Of a DNA stretch of 64,000 nucleotides, positions 19,231 through 34,062 are shown one piece after another (the stretch's first letter is position 1; every line of letters begins with the position of its first letter). The DNA is from Thermoplasmata archaeon. GTDB taxonomy: Archaea; Thermoplasmatota; Thermoplasmata; RBG-16-68-12; JAFNFQ01. The stretch covers positions 32,001-96,000 of the forward strand of contig JBGPQV010000001.1 in assembly GCA_041489255.1 (NCBI GenBank), in the 5' to 3' direction. A program made the translations under genes and the position numbers. The notes beneath the pieces are model-generated. The model was given only the letters and a program-made list of their open reading frames with translations. It was not told the origin of the DNA and made no database searches.

Positions 19231-19503
19231 CTACAGGGACATTATCGTCGACTCGCCGGGGCTCAGCACGGCGAGCACGGCGACCGAATACGGCTTGCCG
19301 CACGCCGCCCCCAGGTCGAGGCTGGTCCCCTTGTATCTGTGTATCTTCACCGCGACATCTTTCAGCCAGGCGAATTCCGGGCAGTTGGAGGCGATTACCA
19401 ACATCTTCGCCGTCTTCTTCCTGACGGCTTTCTCGGACCTCCTCGTGCCTATGACCACGTCGCCGGTATCGACCGCCTGTTTGATGACCATGCTCTCGTC
19501 CAT
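19231..19503 (-). CDS. rpl30e: 50S ribosomal protein L30e
   Basis: AVDTGDVVIG, IASNCP, LGAACGKPYSV, PGESTI. Confidence 0.93.
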   Translation of the reverse strand: MDESMVIKQAVDTGDVVIGTRRSEKAVRKKTAKMLVIASNCPEFAWLKDVAVKIHRYKGTSLDLGAACGKPYSVAVLAVLSPGESTIMSL

Positions 19504-19505
19504 GC

Positions 19506-23799
<4,294 letters not shown>

Positions 23800-23803
<4 letters not shown>

Positions 23804-26800
23804 TTCAAGTCCTCCAGTTGAAGGCGCATCGCAATTCCGAGCGAGAGCAGCTCGTCGAGCAGAAGTTTGAACGCGTAGCTCGTCTGCACAGGGTAGATGC
23901 GGGAGTTGTTGTCGCAGACGGGGCACCTGAGGTTCCCCTTCCTGTCCTTGATGGCGAAGTGACCGCACTCCGCCTCCCCGCAGACGTACTGTATCGTGCC
24001 GTCCGACTCGTCGAGCAAGCGGTCCTTGATGACCATCGCGGCGCCGTGGCCTATGAGACAGTCCCGCTCCATTTCGCCGAACCTCAAGCCGCCCTGGCGG
24101 GAGCGGCCTTCCGTCGGCTGCCGGGTGAGTATCTGCACGGGCCCTCGCGACCTCACGTGCAGCTTGCCGCTGACCATGTGGTGCAGCTTCTGGTAGTAGA
24201 TGACACCGATGAAAATCTCGGCGGGGATGATCCTGCCCGTCATGCCGTCGTACATGACCTCCTTGCAGTTGCTCTTGAAGCCGTAGTCCTCGAGTTCCTT
24301 GCGCAGGGCCTCCTCTCTCTCGCCGCTGAAAGGCGTGCCGTCGACGAACCTCCCCTCCATGGCACCGACCTTCCCGCCAATCATCTCGAGGACGTGCGCG
24401 ATTGTCATCCTCGAAGGGATGGCATGCGGGTTGATGATGAGGTCCGGCACGATCCCATGCTCTGTGAACGGCATGTCCTCCTGCTGGGCAATCAGCCCAA
24501 TCACACCCTTTTGCCCATGACGGGAGGCGAACTTGTCGCCGAGCTCCGGCACCCTGAGGTCCCTGACCTTGACCTTGGCGAGCTTGCTACCGTTCTCGGA
24601 CTCGGTGAGCATGACACTGTCGACCCAGCCGCTCTCCCCGTGCCTGACTGTTACGGACGTCTCGCGCCTCTTCTGCGGCGTGAGGAAGTCAGTCTCCTCC
24701 TCAAGGAAACGCGGCGGCGACGTCTTCCCTATGAGAACCTCTCCACCGTTGACCTGAACCTCTGGCGATATCAGACCGTCGTCCGGAGTGAGGCTCGCGT
24801 AGCTGAGGTCTGCGCGCGCTCCGCGAACATCGGGGGACGGGATCTCGAAGTGGTCCTCCTGCCCGCCGGGGTACCTGCGCTCCTCGGATCTGTACGTCCT
24901 CATGAAGGACGAGCGACCGAGACCCCTGTCAATTGACGCCTTGTTCATCACGATGGCGTATTCCATGTTGTACCCGTGGTAGGACATGACCGCCACGACG
25001 AAATTCTCGCCTGCCGGTCTCTCGTTGAAACTGACGAACTTCATCGCCTCGGTCTGGACCATAGGGACCTGCGGGTTGTGCAGCAGATGGCTTCTCGTGT
25101 CCGGCCTTATCCGGTAGTTGCTGGAGCCGAATCCGAGCGACTGCTTCGCCATGCCCGCGCCCATCGTGACCCTGGGTGACGAGTTGTGCTCCGGGTAAGG
25201 AACGAGGCCAGAGGCGACGCCGAGTATGACCAGCGGATCGATCTCGGCATGGGTGTTGTCCAGGGTGAGAGATGGCTTGACTCGGAACGACTTGCCGCAC
25301 AGGCGGCACTCCAGTTCCACGTCGCCGTCCTCGCCCATGTTCGCCCACCTTACGTCGTTGCGCGATATCGGGCGGCGGCACTCCTTGCACTTCAGCGGGA
25401 CCTCGTATGGATATATCGACACGAACGAGTCCTCTTCCTCCTCCGCGTCGATCCATTCAACCAGGCCGTTCCTGACCAGGTCGCTCCACTTCAGGCGTCC
25501 GGACTCCAGGTCCGTCAACTGCTTCGCCGTTATCAGCGGCTTGCCGTCCCTGACGACCATGAGGGGCCGCCTTATCCTCCCCTCGTCGCAGTTGATCGTG
25601 ACGTCGTTCATCATCTCGTCGTAGTGGATGTTCACCTCGTGGCTCAGCAGCCCGCTGCGCCTCCTTTCCCTGATTTCGGACACCAGCGTCGCGGGATCAT
25701 CGTGCAGTCCGACCAGGTCTCCGTTCACGTAGACCCTGGTCAGGTTCGTCTGCTGGCTCTTGACCTGCTTCGTGCCCAGGTCCGCCAGAAGCAGCTTGAC
25801 CTCGTCCTCCGAGAAACCTTCCGAGACATCGATCACGAGGGCGCAGTTCTTCACCAGCCCGCAGTTCTGCCCTTCGGGGGTCTCGTTGGGGCACAGCCGC
25901 CCCCATTGCGTCGGATGCAAGTCCCTGGCCTCGAAGTGTGGCTGGCTGCGCGTGAGCGGGGATGTGATCCGCCTCAGGTGACTGAGCGCGCTGATGTTGT
26001 TCGTCCTGTCTAAGAGCTGCGAGACTCCTGCCCTCCCGCCAACCCAATTGCCCGTGGCCAGGGCGTGAAGCAGCCTCTGGCTCAGCAGGTCCGGCCTGAT
26101 CGCCGACGCGATCTTGATGTCCTTGCGGCGGGCATAGCTCCTCTCGAGCTGGTACTTGAGGTCCTTCACCAGGTTGGCGAACGCCACTCTGAACAGGTCC
26201 TCCATCAGGTCCCCCGCCAGCTTCAGTCTCTTGTTGGCGTAGTGGTCCTTGTCGTCCTCGCGCCTCTTGCCCAGGTAGAACTCCAGGACGGACCTGGCGG
26301 TTCTGCCTAGGAAGATCGCCTTCTTGATCCTGTCCTCCCTCGTGTCCCCGAGGTGGGGCAGCAAGCTCCTGTCGAGGATCGACTCGACCTTCTTTATCCT
26401 GTACTCCTTCGCTTGACCCGTGGCAAACTTCTTCTCGAGGAAGCCGAGAGCGTCCTCCCTGGTGAAGATGCCGTTCGGCGGGTACTGTTTCTTGCTCTGG
26501 CACTCCTCTATGTTCGCGTAGAGGATGCTCGCCATCTCGGGAGTCGAGACGATAGCGTTGTAGATATCCTCGTCCTTTTCCATGCTCAGGGCCTTCATCA
26601 GGATAATCAGCGGAATCTGGCCGGACGCGGTCGGGACAGTCACTATGAGCATCCCGTCCTTCTTCATCTCGACGAGGGTGAGCGCACGGTAGCCCTCGCG
26701 CTGTGAGAACACCTTGGCCACTGGTATCTTGCGGCCGTACCTCTCGTTGTACTCAACGAGCACCCTGTTAGGTGCGAGGTCCTCCAGTGAAATTAGAACC

Positions 26801-27390
26801 CTCTCTGTGCCGCCAATGATGAAGTACCCGCCAGGGTCTGCGTGGTCTTCTCCCATCTTGACGAGCCTGTCGCGGAACTCCTGATCGGTGATTTCTCCAT
26901 CTACCTCCAGGTTCTCCCTGTAGAGCGAGCACTTCTTGCTCTTTGTCATGATCGGCAGGTTGCCTATGTGCACCCTCTCCGGCTCCCTCTCGATCCCGTT
27001 CTCGATGACGGTGAAGTCGAGGTAGACAGGCGCCTGGTAGCTGAGGTTCCTCAGGCGCGCCTCCATCGGCGTGAGCGGATGCGTCGCCCCGTTCGCCTCC
27101 TTGACGATCGGCAGCGACACCGAGATGGTCGGCTTCGCCTCCATGTCGATCTTGCCCTTGTCGTCCCTCTTCCGCCCTATCCTGATCTCAATCGTGTCCC
27201 CCTCGGTGCGGTCCTCGTCCAGCTTGAACACGCCGCGCCTGTCGTCCTCCGGGGACGACCTCATGTTGTCCACTATGCGCTGCATCCTGCTGTTAGGGTT
27301 GTCGAGCGTCGGCAGGAAATCGTTGATGCTAGCTATGTGGTGGTTGACGATGCTCCTCTCGCGGAAAAACGCCTCGATAAGTTCTCTCAT
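23800..27390 (-). CDS. rpoB: RNA polymerase subunit B (unsplit) with an inserted zinc ribbon
   Basis: [33 protein letters not shown]; 1196 aa single chain. Confidence 0.98.
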
Positions 27391-27393
27391 GAC

Positions 27394-27663
27394 TCACCTC
27401 CCCACGACGAGCCTGTACGCCTCCGACACACCAGCGGTCTCGCTGATCCTCGTGACCTTGATTATCGTGCCTTCGGGAATCGGCGCCTTCCTTGCCTTCT
27501 CCAGAACCTGTACGGCGGGGTCGATTCCCCTGATCTTCGGCAACTGGTCCTTGGTCACCCTGAGGGCCTTGAGGACTTCCTCGGATTCCTTGTCGGTCAA
27601 GACACGATGCTCTGGGACTAGCTTATGCTCTAGCACGTTGAACTTCAACGTGGACTCCTCCAT
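27394..27663 (-). CDS. rpoH: RNA polymerase subunit H
   Basis: FNVLEHKLVPEH, QLPKI..DP, SETAG..YRLVV. Confidence 0.95.
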   Translation of the reverse strand: MEESTLKFNVLEHKLVPEHRVLTDKESEEVLKALRVTKDQLPKIRGIDPAVQVLEKARKAPIPEGTIIKVTRISETAGVSEAYRLVVGR

Positions 27664-27703
27664 TGTCGGCGGGGGCGGGGTGCATTCTGCCTCGACGCTG
27701 AAA

Positions 27704-27878
27704 CGGGCCCGCGGGGATTTTCGAAGCCCCACTTGTTTCTGGCAGGCAGGGCATTTTCGAACCCCGGACCACCCGGTTTCTTCACCAACGCAACCCTTTC
27801 GAGTTCCATCAGTTAAAAGCCGGATGCTCTATCTAGGGACGGTCTCTGAGACATCCAACCTAGCTGAGCTACGGGCCC
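27704..27878 (-). tRNA. tRNA-Lys(UUU) with three introns (20/21, 37/38, 59/60); CCA not encoded
   Basis: Exons 27878-27858, 27830-27814, 27777-27756 and 27717-27704 join to GGGCCCGTAGCTCAGCTAGGTAGAGCATCCGGCTTTTAACCGGGTGGTCCGGGGTTCGAATCCCCGCGGGCCCG, a complete cloverleaf. Each intron forms a BHB/BHL motif. Confidence 0.92.
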
Positions 27879-27926
27879 CCGGTATCAGCGCTGGACACAT
27901 GCGAACCCGTTCGAATCATTGACTCC

Positions 27927-27938
27927 TTAATAAGTTTT
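27927..27938 (-). promoter_or_regulatory. BRE-TATA promoter for tRNA-Lys and probably the rpo operon
   Basis: Minus strand reads AAAACTTATTAA about 50 nt upstream of the tRNA 5' end. Confidence 0.55.
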
Positions 27939-28122
27939 GCGGTTAGCCCCGTCCTGCAGGCCCTCATGGAGACGCACCAATTCTGGGCGCTTAGACAATC
28001 CGCGCCTTCTCCGCGGCGATATCCGGGTCCCGCACCTCACGCAACGAAGGCAGACACAAGCGAACGAGGCTCGCGATTCCTTTCTCGAAGAGTTTAAGAG
28101 AGGATGTGTCTTCGCAGTTCTC

Positions 28123-28293
28123 GTGATTTCGCAGGAGAAGCGCTGCATCTCATGCGGCATAGTCCTCCACGGCCCCGGCACGACCTCGTTCCTGTGCCCG
28201 TCATGCGGGAAGAACGAAATCGGACGGTGCGCGCAGTGCAGGGACCAGAGCGTCATTTACGTGTGTCCTGTTTGCGGGTTCGAGGGGCCGTAG
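28123..28293 (+). CDS. Small double zinc-ribbon protein (HVO_2753/DUF1610-like)
   Basis: [30 protein letters not shown]; this family is typically found upstream of EF-1beta. Confidence 0.9.
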   Translation: MISQEKRCISCGIVLHGPGTTSFLCPSCGKNEIGRCAQCRDQSVIYVCPVCGFEGP

Positions 28294-28299
28294 AACGTC

Positions 28300-28560
28300 A
28301 TGGGCAAAGTTGCGGCGACCTACAGGATTCTTCCCGAGGGAACCGAGGTCGACCTGAAGAGTCTGGAGGACTCCGTGAAGAGGGTGCTGGGCTCCAAGCT
28401 CATCAAGATCGAGACCCAGCCGGTCGCATTCGGGCTCAAGGCGCTCATTGCCACCGCAATCTTCAACGACGCATCCGGCGAAGGTGAGGCCGTCGAGTCG
28501 AGTTTAAGCTCGCTCCCCGGAGTAAGCAGCGTTGAGATCATGGAAATGGGCCTCATCTAG
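28300..28560 (+). CDS. ef1b: Translation elongation factor EF-1beta
   Basis: MGKVAATYRILPE, PVAFGLKAL, GVSSVE. Confidence 0.93.
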   Translation: MGKVAATYRILPEGTEVDLKSLEDSVKRVLGSKLIKIETQPVAFGLKALIATAIFNDASGEGEAVESSLSSLPGVSSVEIMEMGLI

Positions 28561-28703
28561 ATGCTTCGGCTCCCGAGACTCGGAAAGGATTTCCGCATCT
28601 GATTCCCAGCATGACAGCGCTACAATGTGTATCTTGCTCCAAGATACGTCTTCTGAGAGGACGGAAATAGAGCCCACCCCCGTGATATGACGGGGATGTG
28701 TTA

Positions 28704-31700
28704 ATGAAACTAGATCGGCATGGAAGAGCGTCGTTCGCCGTTTTGGCGCTCGCAATCCTGCTCCTTGCGAACCTGAGCGTCGTCTACATGCTCCAGGTGC
28801 AGCGGGAAGAAATGGACCTCGCGAATCAGGCGAATGAAGTGCGCATGATGAGAGAGTTCGGTGCATTGGTCCACAGAGAGGTGGAGGTCGCCGCCCACTA
28901 CATCGCGATGGCCACGATAAGGAACGCCACGCAAGACCTCAACAACCAAAGCAGGATCAATGAGCTGTTCTCCGATTCATTCGCTAGCTTCGTCGAGGAA
29001 TCGTTCCCGCGCGAGGCAAGGGGATTCACGGTCGCCGTAGACGACTACGGGATCATCGTCGTGACCGAGGCAAAGAGCGTGACGGACGTCGTGAGGACGG
29101 GGACTCTGGCAGAAAACAGCGAGGGGGAAGATTCTCCCGAAGCGATAGAGACGGGTGTGCCCGGCGGTCTGGAGGAAGCCCAGCGGATTTCCTACTATCA
29201 TCTGATTGGGCACCTGAACTACACAATCTCGGACGGCACAACGACTCTCCGCACGAGCGAGGATGTTGCCTCGGAGATCGACTCGCCTTTCCCATTCGTC
29301 AACAGACAACTCCAGCGATTCTCCATTACATCGCAGGGCCCGATGTCGCACTCGGCGCAGGCACTCAGGTACATGCTCACGACCGTTGCGCAGCAGAGGG
29401 TCCTGCTCGGCTACGCTGGCGGCGACTACGGCAGCCCTGGTACCGGGATCACCAACATACTCACCCCGCAGGACGTCGAGATGGCGGTGAATCTCGTGCT
29501 TGTCTTGGAGCAGATCAGGCTCTTCAGATCGGTTGACAGGGATGCTGTCGACAAGTTTGACGAGGCCTACTTCATGGACTACGCTGGCGGCGTCTCATCT
29601 CCGACACTGACCCCGTCCGCAGACAACAGGACACTCCTGAGGCTTCTCGACACTTACTCGGGAAATGGGACGTTGGACCCGGCTGACCTATTTGCGCTGT
29701 TCACCGCGTTGGACCGGGAAGATATCCAGATGAACCGCGTACTCGCTCAAGCCCTCTATGCCATGATTGACCAGTTTTCCCTCAAGTACCTAGACTACCT
29801 AGACTTCCTGCCTTTAGAGTTCATCGCCAACCTTGGCCTGAGCGTCCTCGAGCTCTTGACCGGTGCGCTCGACCAATTCATCGGCTGGCTGACGAATCAT
29901 CAAAAAGAGGCGGACATGGTCCGCGAGTTCGTGAGTAATCTGTTTGGCGACCTTGGCGTCTCGACGTCCATTCTGGGTCCCGCGAGTCTGTCGCTCCCCG
30001 CTCAGACTTTCACCGTGACTGACGAAGGCGGGCAAGAATACAACATCTCGCTGCCAGCCCAGCTCTACTCTGTCCCGTTCAAGACAAGATACCTTCTCGA
30101 AGGGAACAACGCCATTTGGAGCGAATACTTCAATGAGATCTACAAGGACGACCTCAAGGCAGTCCACGCCGGTGTCAGGGACCTCGCAAGGGACATCGCC
30201 AACAGCCTCGCCAGCAAGCTCGACATGATCGGCCTGTTCAATCCAGTTCGGATCAACGGGGCCATTGATCCCCGAGATGATGTAGGGATGCTTGAGTACC
30301 TTTACGGCGCAATCAAGGCTTCCGTCTATGAGGCCATGGAGGGGCTCCGAGGGAATCCGAAGTTCTACCAAGGGCTTGTCGCGAACTTGTGGGGACATGA
30401 GAAGGAGATGATTAGAGGACTCATGGACTATATTGAACTGGAATACGATGCTCTCGCGGACCAAGCATCGAACGTCGAATTCGCCCGCGGGTCGCTCGTC
30501 AACTCGATGATCGGCGTGGCTACATTCGACGGAGTCTATCGCCTCCTCGATGACACTGCGAGGGCACAGCTGGCACAGCACATTACCCAGGCTATTGATG
30601 AGAACGGTTGGGCGCAGGCCGCATATGAGAAAGCGAAGAGCAATGATGTGCAGAGGTTCGAGTCGCTCTACGACAAGGCGATAAACCTCGACACGCCGCC
30701 GGCGAATGGCGGGTTGTACCAGCGGACGATGGAGATGATATCAGGTGCCACCGGCATCCTCACAGAGGCCGGCGATTTCGTGAATGTGTTCCTGGAGGGG
30801 TTGACGAGAAACGAACACATCTCGAACGATAAGATATTGATACCTGCGTACACGCAACCTTTCGAGTTCCGCAATCCGGGACTGTTCGCGAACCGCTCCC
30901 AAGCGGGTTTGAAGGAGGAAGCCCTCGTCGCCGACCAGAGCCCCGACCTGCTGCCCATAACACGACTCACGAGAGTTGGCGGTGAATTGCAGGGGGAACC
31001 GAATCAAGGCGAGCTTTGGGTGGACATAGTCGACCCCATGGATGTCCCGTTGTCAAAAGATTCGCCGAATGTGCATTACACCCAGGTCGACCGAATCTCC
31101 GACCGACCGTTCCAGACCCAGTGGACGATCACGATCAAGGGGTCAGTCGGGATGACCGTATCGACCGAGCGCGCGGTCTATCTCGACCCCGAAGGCCTTG
31201 TCCCGGTCGTCGATCAGCTGGCAGTCCCTCTGAACCTGACATTGATTGTGACGACCTTCAGTGGCTGGCCTCTCGACGGCGTGGCCTATGCCAGTTCGAA
31301 CACGCTCGGCAGTGACCTCTGGGCCAAGATTCAGAGCTTCTTTGAGGGGGTTTGGGACGCTGTCAGTTCCTCTGTTGGGTGGCTACTCGACGGCGCAAAA
31401 TCCCTGCTGGATCAGCTTTCTTCGATAATCGACTACCTGCTCGCCCAAGCCTCGAAAGTCCTCAAAATGGTTTACGACGTCATCGACAAGGTTTTCGACT
31501 TACTACAGAAGGCGCTGCAAGGCGTCATTTCTCATCTTATGGAGGCGCTGGACTACGTCCTGAAATCGCTGCCCAGTTTCGAGTTCAAACTCTCTGGGTT
31601 CGGCCTCACTCTTCGCATCGCCGTTAACTGCGATGAAGCGAACAGGCTGCTGGTCGAAGCTACCCTCGGTTCGTTCAACATCACCGCAAGGTTCGTCAAT

Positions 31701-32663
31701 CTCGAAAAAGCGGGGATAACCCCGCGCCAGAAGTGGGCATCGTGGGACATCCTCGCTGACGTCGAGGGTGCGGTAGGCCCGTTCACCCTGAAAGCCAGAA
31801 TCGACCCGCTGATGATCGTCAGCGACCGCCTTGTGAGGGCGAGAGCCCGGTGGGGAGAGACATTCGAACTGGACCTCGTCATGCCGGAGGTGGAAACCTA
31901 TCACGCGTATGGCTTCAGTGTGGCGATACCGATCCCGGTGCCGCCGATCGGGGAAGTGGAAATCGAGCTGGGTTTCCGCGTCAGGGCATCTGAACAATTC
32001 GAAGCGATTGACATCCCTGGCATTATGGCACACAGCATCCAAGAAGGGATAGAGCAGTGCGGTGGTATTCCGACATCCCTCGATCTGCTGGGGGAATGCA
32101 TCGAACAAGTCGTGAGGCATTTCGTGGATGACCTGTTGGCGGCTGTCGAAGATAGATTGACTAAGATAATCGATGTGACTCTCTATGTTCAGGGGGCCTT
32201 GATGTTTGAGGGAGTGGCGGGGGTGGGGGCTAGATTATCGCTCACCGTCGAGGGGGAAGGATTGTTGGAGCTTTTCGCGTTCATCGCGGACAACATCAGA
32301 GGGCTCCTCGATTGCATCTTCGATGGTGTGTGCCTGATACACATGGAGAACGCCCCCAAGAAAATCGGGGAGCATATCTTCATCACCTTGGGGATTTTCA
32401 TGAATGTCCAGGCGCCGACATTCATCCCGCTTGCCTTACCCGTCGGCGGGAGCGCGGAAGTCGCTGTCACATTCGGCATAGGGGCCAACTTGGCTCTGCT
32501 AGGGAGAATAGTCGGACGCGACTTGGGCGCATGGGAGATTGATTTCGGCATGGTGATTGAGGATCTCCCTGCTTCAATGGCGCCCGAGCTCTTCGGGGCC
32601 GGCGTCGAACGGGGCGACCTGTGGATATTCAAGGGGACGGTGACGGCTCCGCGGCCCCCTTGA
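28704..32663 (+). CDS. Very large hypothetical membrane-anchored or secreted protein (about 1320 aa)
   Basis: Long ORF with N-terminal MKLDRHGRASFAVLALAILLLA hydrophobic segment, an amphipathic helical stretch near 31320-31570 and a beta-rich C-terminus. Confidence 0.85.
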   Translation: MKLDRHGRASFAVLALAILLLANLSVVYMLQVQREEMDLANQANEVRMMREFGALVHREVEVAAHYIAMATIRNATQDLNNQSRINELFSDSFASFVEESFPREARGFTVAVDDYGIIVVTEAKSVTDVVRTGTLAENSEGEDSPEAIETGVPGGLEEAQRISYYHLIGHLNYTISDGTTTLRTSEDVASEIDSPFPFVNRQLQRFSITSQGPMSHSAQALRYMLTTVAQQRVLLGYAGGDYGSPGTGITNILTPQDVEMAVNLVLVLEQIRLFRSVDRDAVDKFDEAYFMDYAGGVSSPTLTPSADNRTLLRLLDTYSGNGTLDPADLFALFTALDREDIQMNRVLAQALYAMIDQFSLKYLDYLDFLPLEFIANLGLSVLELLTGALDQFIGWLTNHQKEADMVREFVSNLFGDLGVSTSILGPASLSLPAQTFTVTDEGGQEYNISLPAQLYSVPFKTRYLLEGNNAIWSEYFNEIYKDDLKAVHAGVRDLARDIANSLASKLDMIGLFNPVRINGAIDPRDDVGMLEYLYGAIKASVYEAMEGLRGNPKFYQGLVANLWGHEKEMIRGLMDYIELEYDALADQASNVEFARGSLVNSMIGVATFDGVYRLLDDTARAQLAQHITQAIDENGWAQAAYEKAKSNDVQRFESLYDKAINLDTPPANGGLYQRTMEMISGATGILTEAGDFVNVFLEGLTRNEHISNDKILIPAYTQPFEFRNPGLFANRSQAGLKEEALVADQSPDLLPITRLTRVGGELQGEPNQGELWVDIVDPMDVPLSKDSPNVHYTQVDRISDRPFQTQWTITIKGSVGMTVSTERAVYLDPEGLVPVVDQLAVPLNLTLIVTTFSGWPLDGVAYASSNTLGSDLWAKIQSFFEGVWDAVSSSVGWLLDGAKSLLDQLSSIIDYLLAQASKVLKMVYDVIDKVFDLLQKALQGVISHLMEALDYVLKSLPSFEFKLSGFGLTLRIAVNCDEANRLLVEATLGSFNITARFVNLEKAGITPRQKWASWDILADVEGAVGPFTLKARIDPLMIVSDRLVRARARWGETFELDLVMPEVETYHAYGFSVAIPIPVPPIGEVEIELGFRVRASEQFEAIDIPGIMAHSIQEGIEQCGGIPTSLDLLGECIEQVVRHFVDDLLAAVEDRLTKIIDVTLYVQGALMFEGVAGVGARLSLTVEGEGLLELFAFIADNIRGLLDCIFDGVCLIHMENAPKKIGEHIFITLGIFMNVQAPTFIPLALPVGGSAEVAVTFGIGANLALLGRIVGRDLGAWEIDFGMVIEDLPASMAPELFGAGVERGDLWIFKGTVTAPRPP

Positions 32664-32712
32664 GCTCGTCATTGACTCTCCTTGGCGGGTAGACTTAAAT
32701 AACTCGAGATTC

Positions 32713-34062
32713 GTGCGACGGGTCGTGCCCACGCTGGCCTTGGACTTCCTGAACGACCTCAGCATGTTCGCAGTCGATTGGCTGCCGGTGATAATCGCAG
32801 TCGCATTCCTCATGGCTCTGATGATGTGGTTCCTCGCATGGGCATCGAGGTACTTCGAGTACCTGAAGATGCTGGAGAGTCCCGTATTCGACAAGGAGAC
32901 TCTTGATTTCATTCACAAGGTCCTTCAAGCGATCTGGGTCAGCTGCCTGGCGCTCCTGATTTTTGTCGTCCTCTCATTCCGCGTCGTCGAGATCAAGACC
33001 GCCCTCTCCGTCTTCTTCGGTCGGATGCCCGCCCTTTTCTTCGTCATCTTCGTGATTTTCATCGCGGCAATAATAGTCAGGGCCCTCCACAGGTTCGCAT
33101 CGTACCTCAGGGGCGACTTGAAACTGAAGCCCCGTAGGATCGCGCCGCCAAGGGCTCTCGCATTCACCGAGATGGTCTTGAAATACCTCATCTACACCAT
33201 CGCCGGCGTGGTTGCCTTTATAGGGGGCATCGGTTCGCTTCCTTCCGAGGACCAGCCGTACAAGGACCTTGTGTTCTCCTACATAAAGGTCCCAGAACCC
33301 GCTGTCGTCCTAGGATTCGTCGTCGCGCTCCTCGGGATATTCGTGGCATCTCGCTTCGTGGACTCGCTGTTCGAGGACATGAAGAAGCGCAGCACGAAGT
33401 TCACGCCGAGGGTCATAGAGGAGCTGAAGTCCACCGCCAGATACGCCGTCTACATCATCGGCGCGGTAATCATTTTCATCCTGGCGGTGAGTCTGCTCCT
33501 GCAGGGCGAGCAGCTGCTCGTTTTCGTCGTGGCGGTGATTTTCATCAGCCTAGTGGCCGCCCTCACCGGATTCGAGGCCATGAAGAACGGTCTGGCGGGA
33601 GTGACCCTAATGCTCGCAAACCCCTTCGACGCGGGTGATCGCATCAGGATGGGGAACGGCGAGGAGTCCAAGGTCGAGTCCATGGGGCTGATGATGACTC
33701 AGATCAGGACGCTTGGCGGCGAGTTGATCAGCATCCCGAACACCGAGATGCTGAAGAAGGAAATCCTCAACCTCACGAGGTCCGCGAGCGGGGTCATTAT
33801 CATCAAAGTGTCGATGGATTTCTCGGCACCCTACCACAAGGTCCAAGCGGCCCTTCTCGATGCGGCTCAGAAGACGGCCGGCGTCGAGCAGAAGCCGATC
33901 CCGCAAATCCTGAACAAGGATGTCCGCGGCCATACCATGATCTACCAATTGACGGCCTATACGAAGGACGTGCTGCGGACTGAGGAGATCAAGAGCGAGC
34001 TCATCGCGAATATCCAGGAAGTATTCTACCGGGAAGGTATCAACCCCGTCAGCTCAGAATGA
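32713..34062 (+). CDS. MscS-family mechanosensitive channel with extra TM hairpins
   Basis: AG..LMLANPFDAGDRI, T.IRTLGGELISIPN; multiple N-terminal TM pairs. Confidence 0.85.
   Translation: MRRVVPTLALDFLNDLSMFAVDWLPVIIAVAFLMALMMWFLAWASRYFEYLKMLESPVFDKETLDFIHKVLQAIWVSCLALLIFVVLSFRVVEIKTALSVFFGRMPALFFVIFVIFIAAIIVRALHRFASYLRGDLKLKPRRIAPPRALAFTEMVLKYLIYTIAGVVAFIGGIGSLPSEDQPYKDLVFSYIKVPEPAVVLGFVVALLGIFVASRFVDSLFEDMKKRSTKFTPRVIEELKSTARYAVYIIGAVIIFILAVSLLLQGEQLLVFVVAVIFISLVAALTGFEAMKNGLAGVTLMLANPFDAGDRIRMGNGEESKVESMGLMMTQIRTLGGELISIPNTEMLKKEILNLTRSASGVIIIKVSMDFSAPYHKVQAALLDAAQKTAGVEQKPIPQILNKDVRGHTMIYQLTAYTKDVLRTEEIKSELIANIQEVFYREGINPVSSE

Noticed and set aside
27664-28122. ORF-track extensions of rpoH (to 27732) and ORFs 27927..28256 and 27937..
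   Set aside because: They overlap the tRNA or promoter region. The real starts are 27663 (rpoH) and about 28123 (zinc-ribbon protein).
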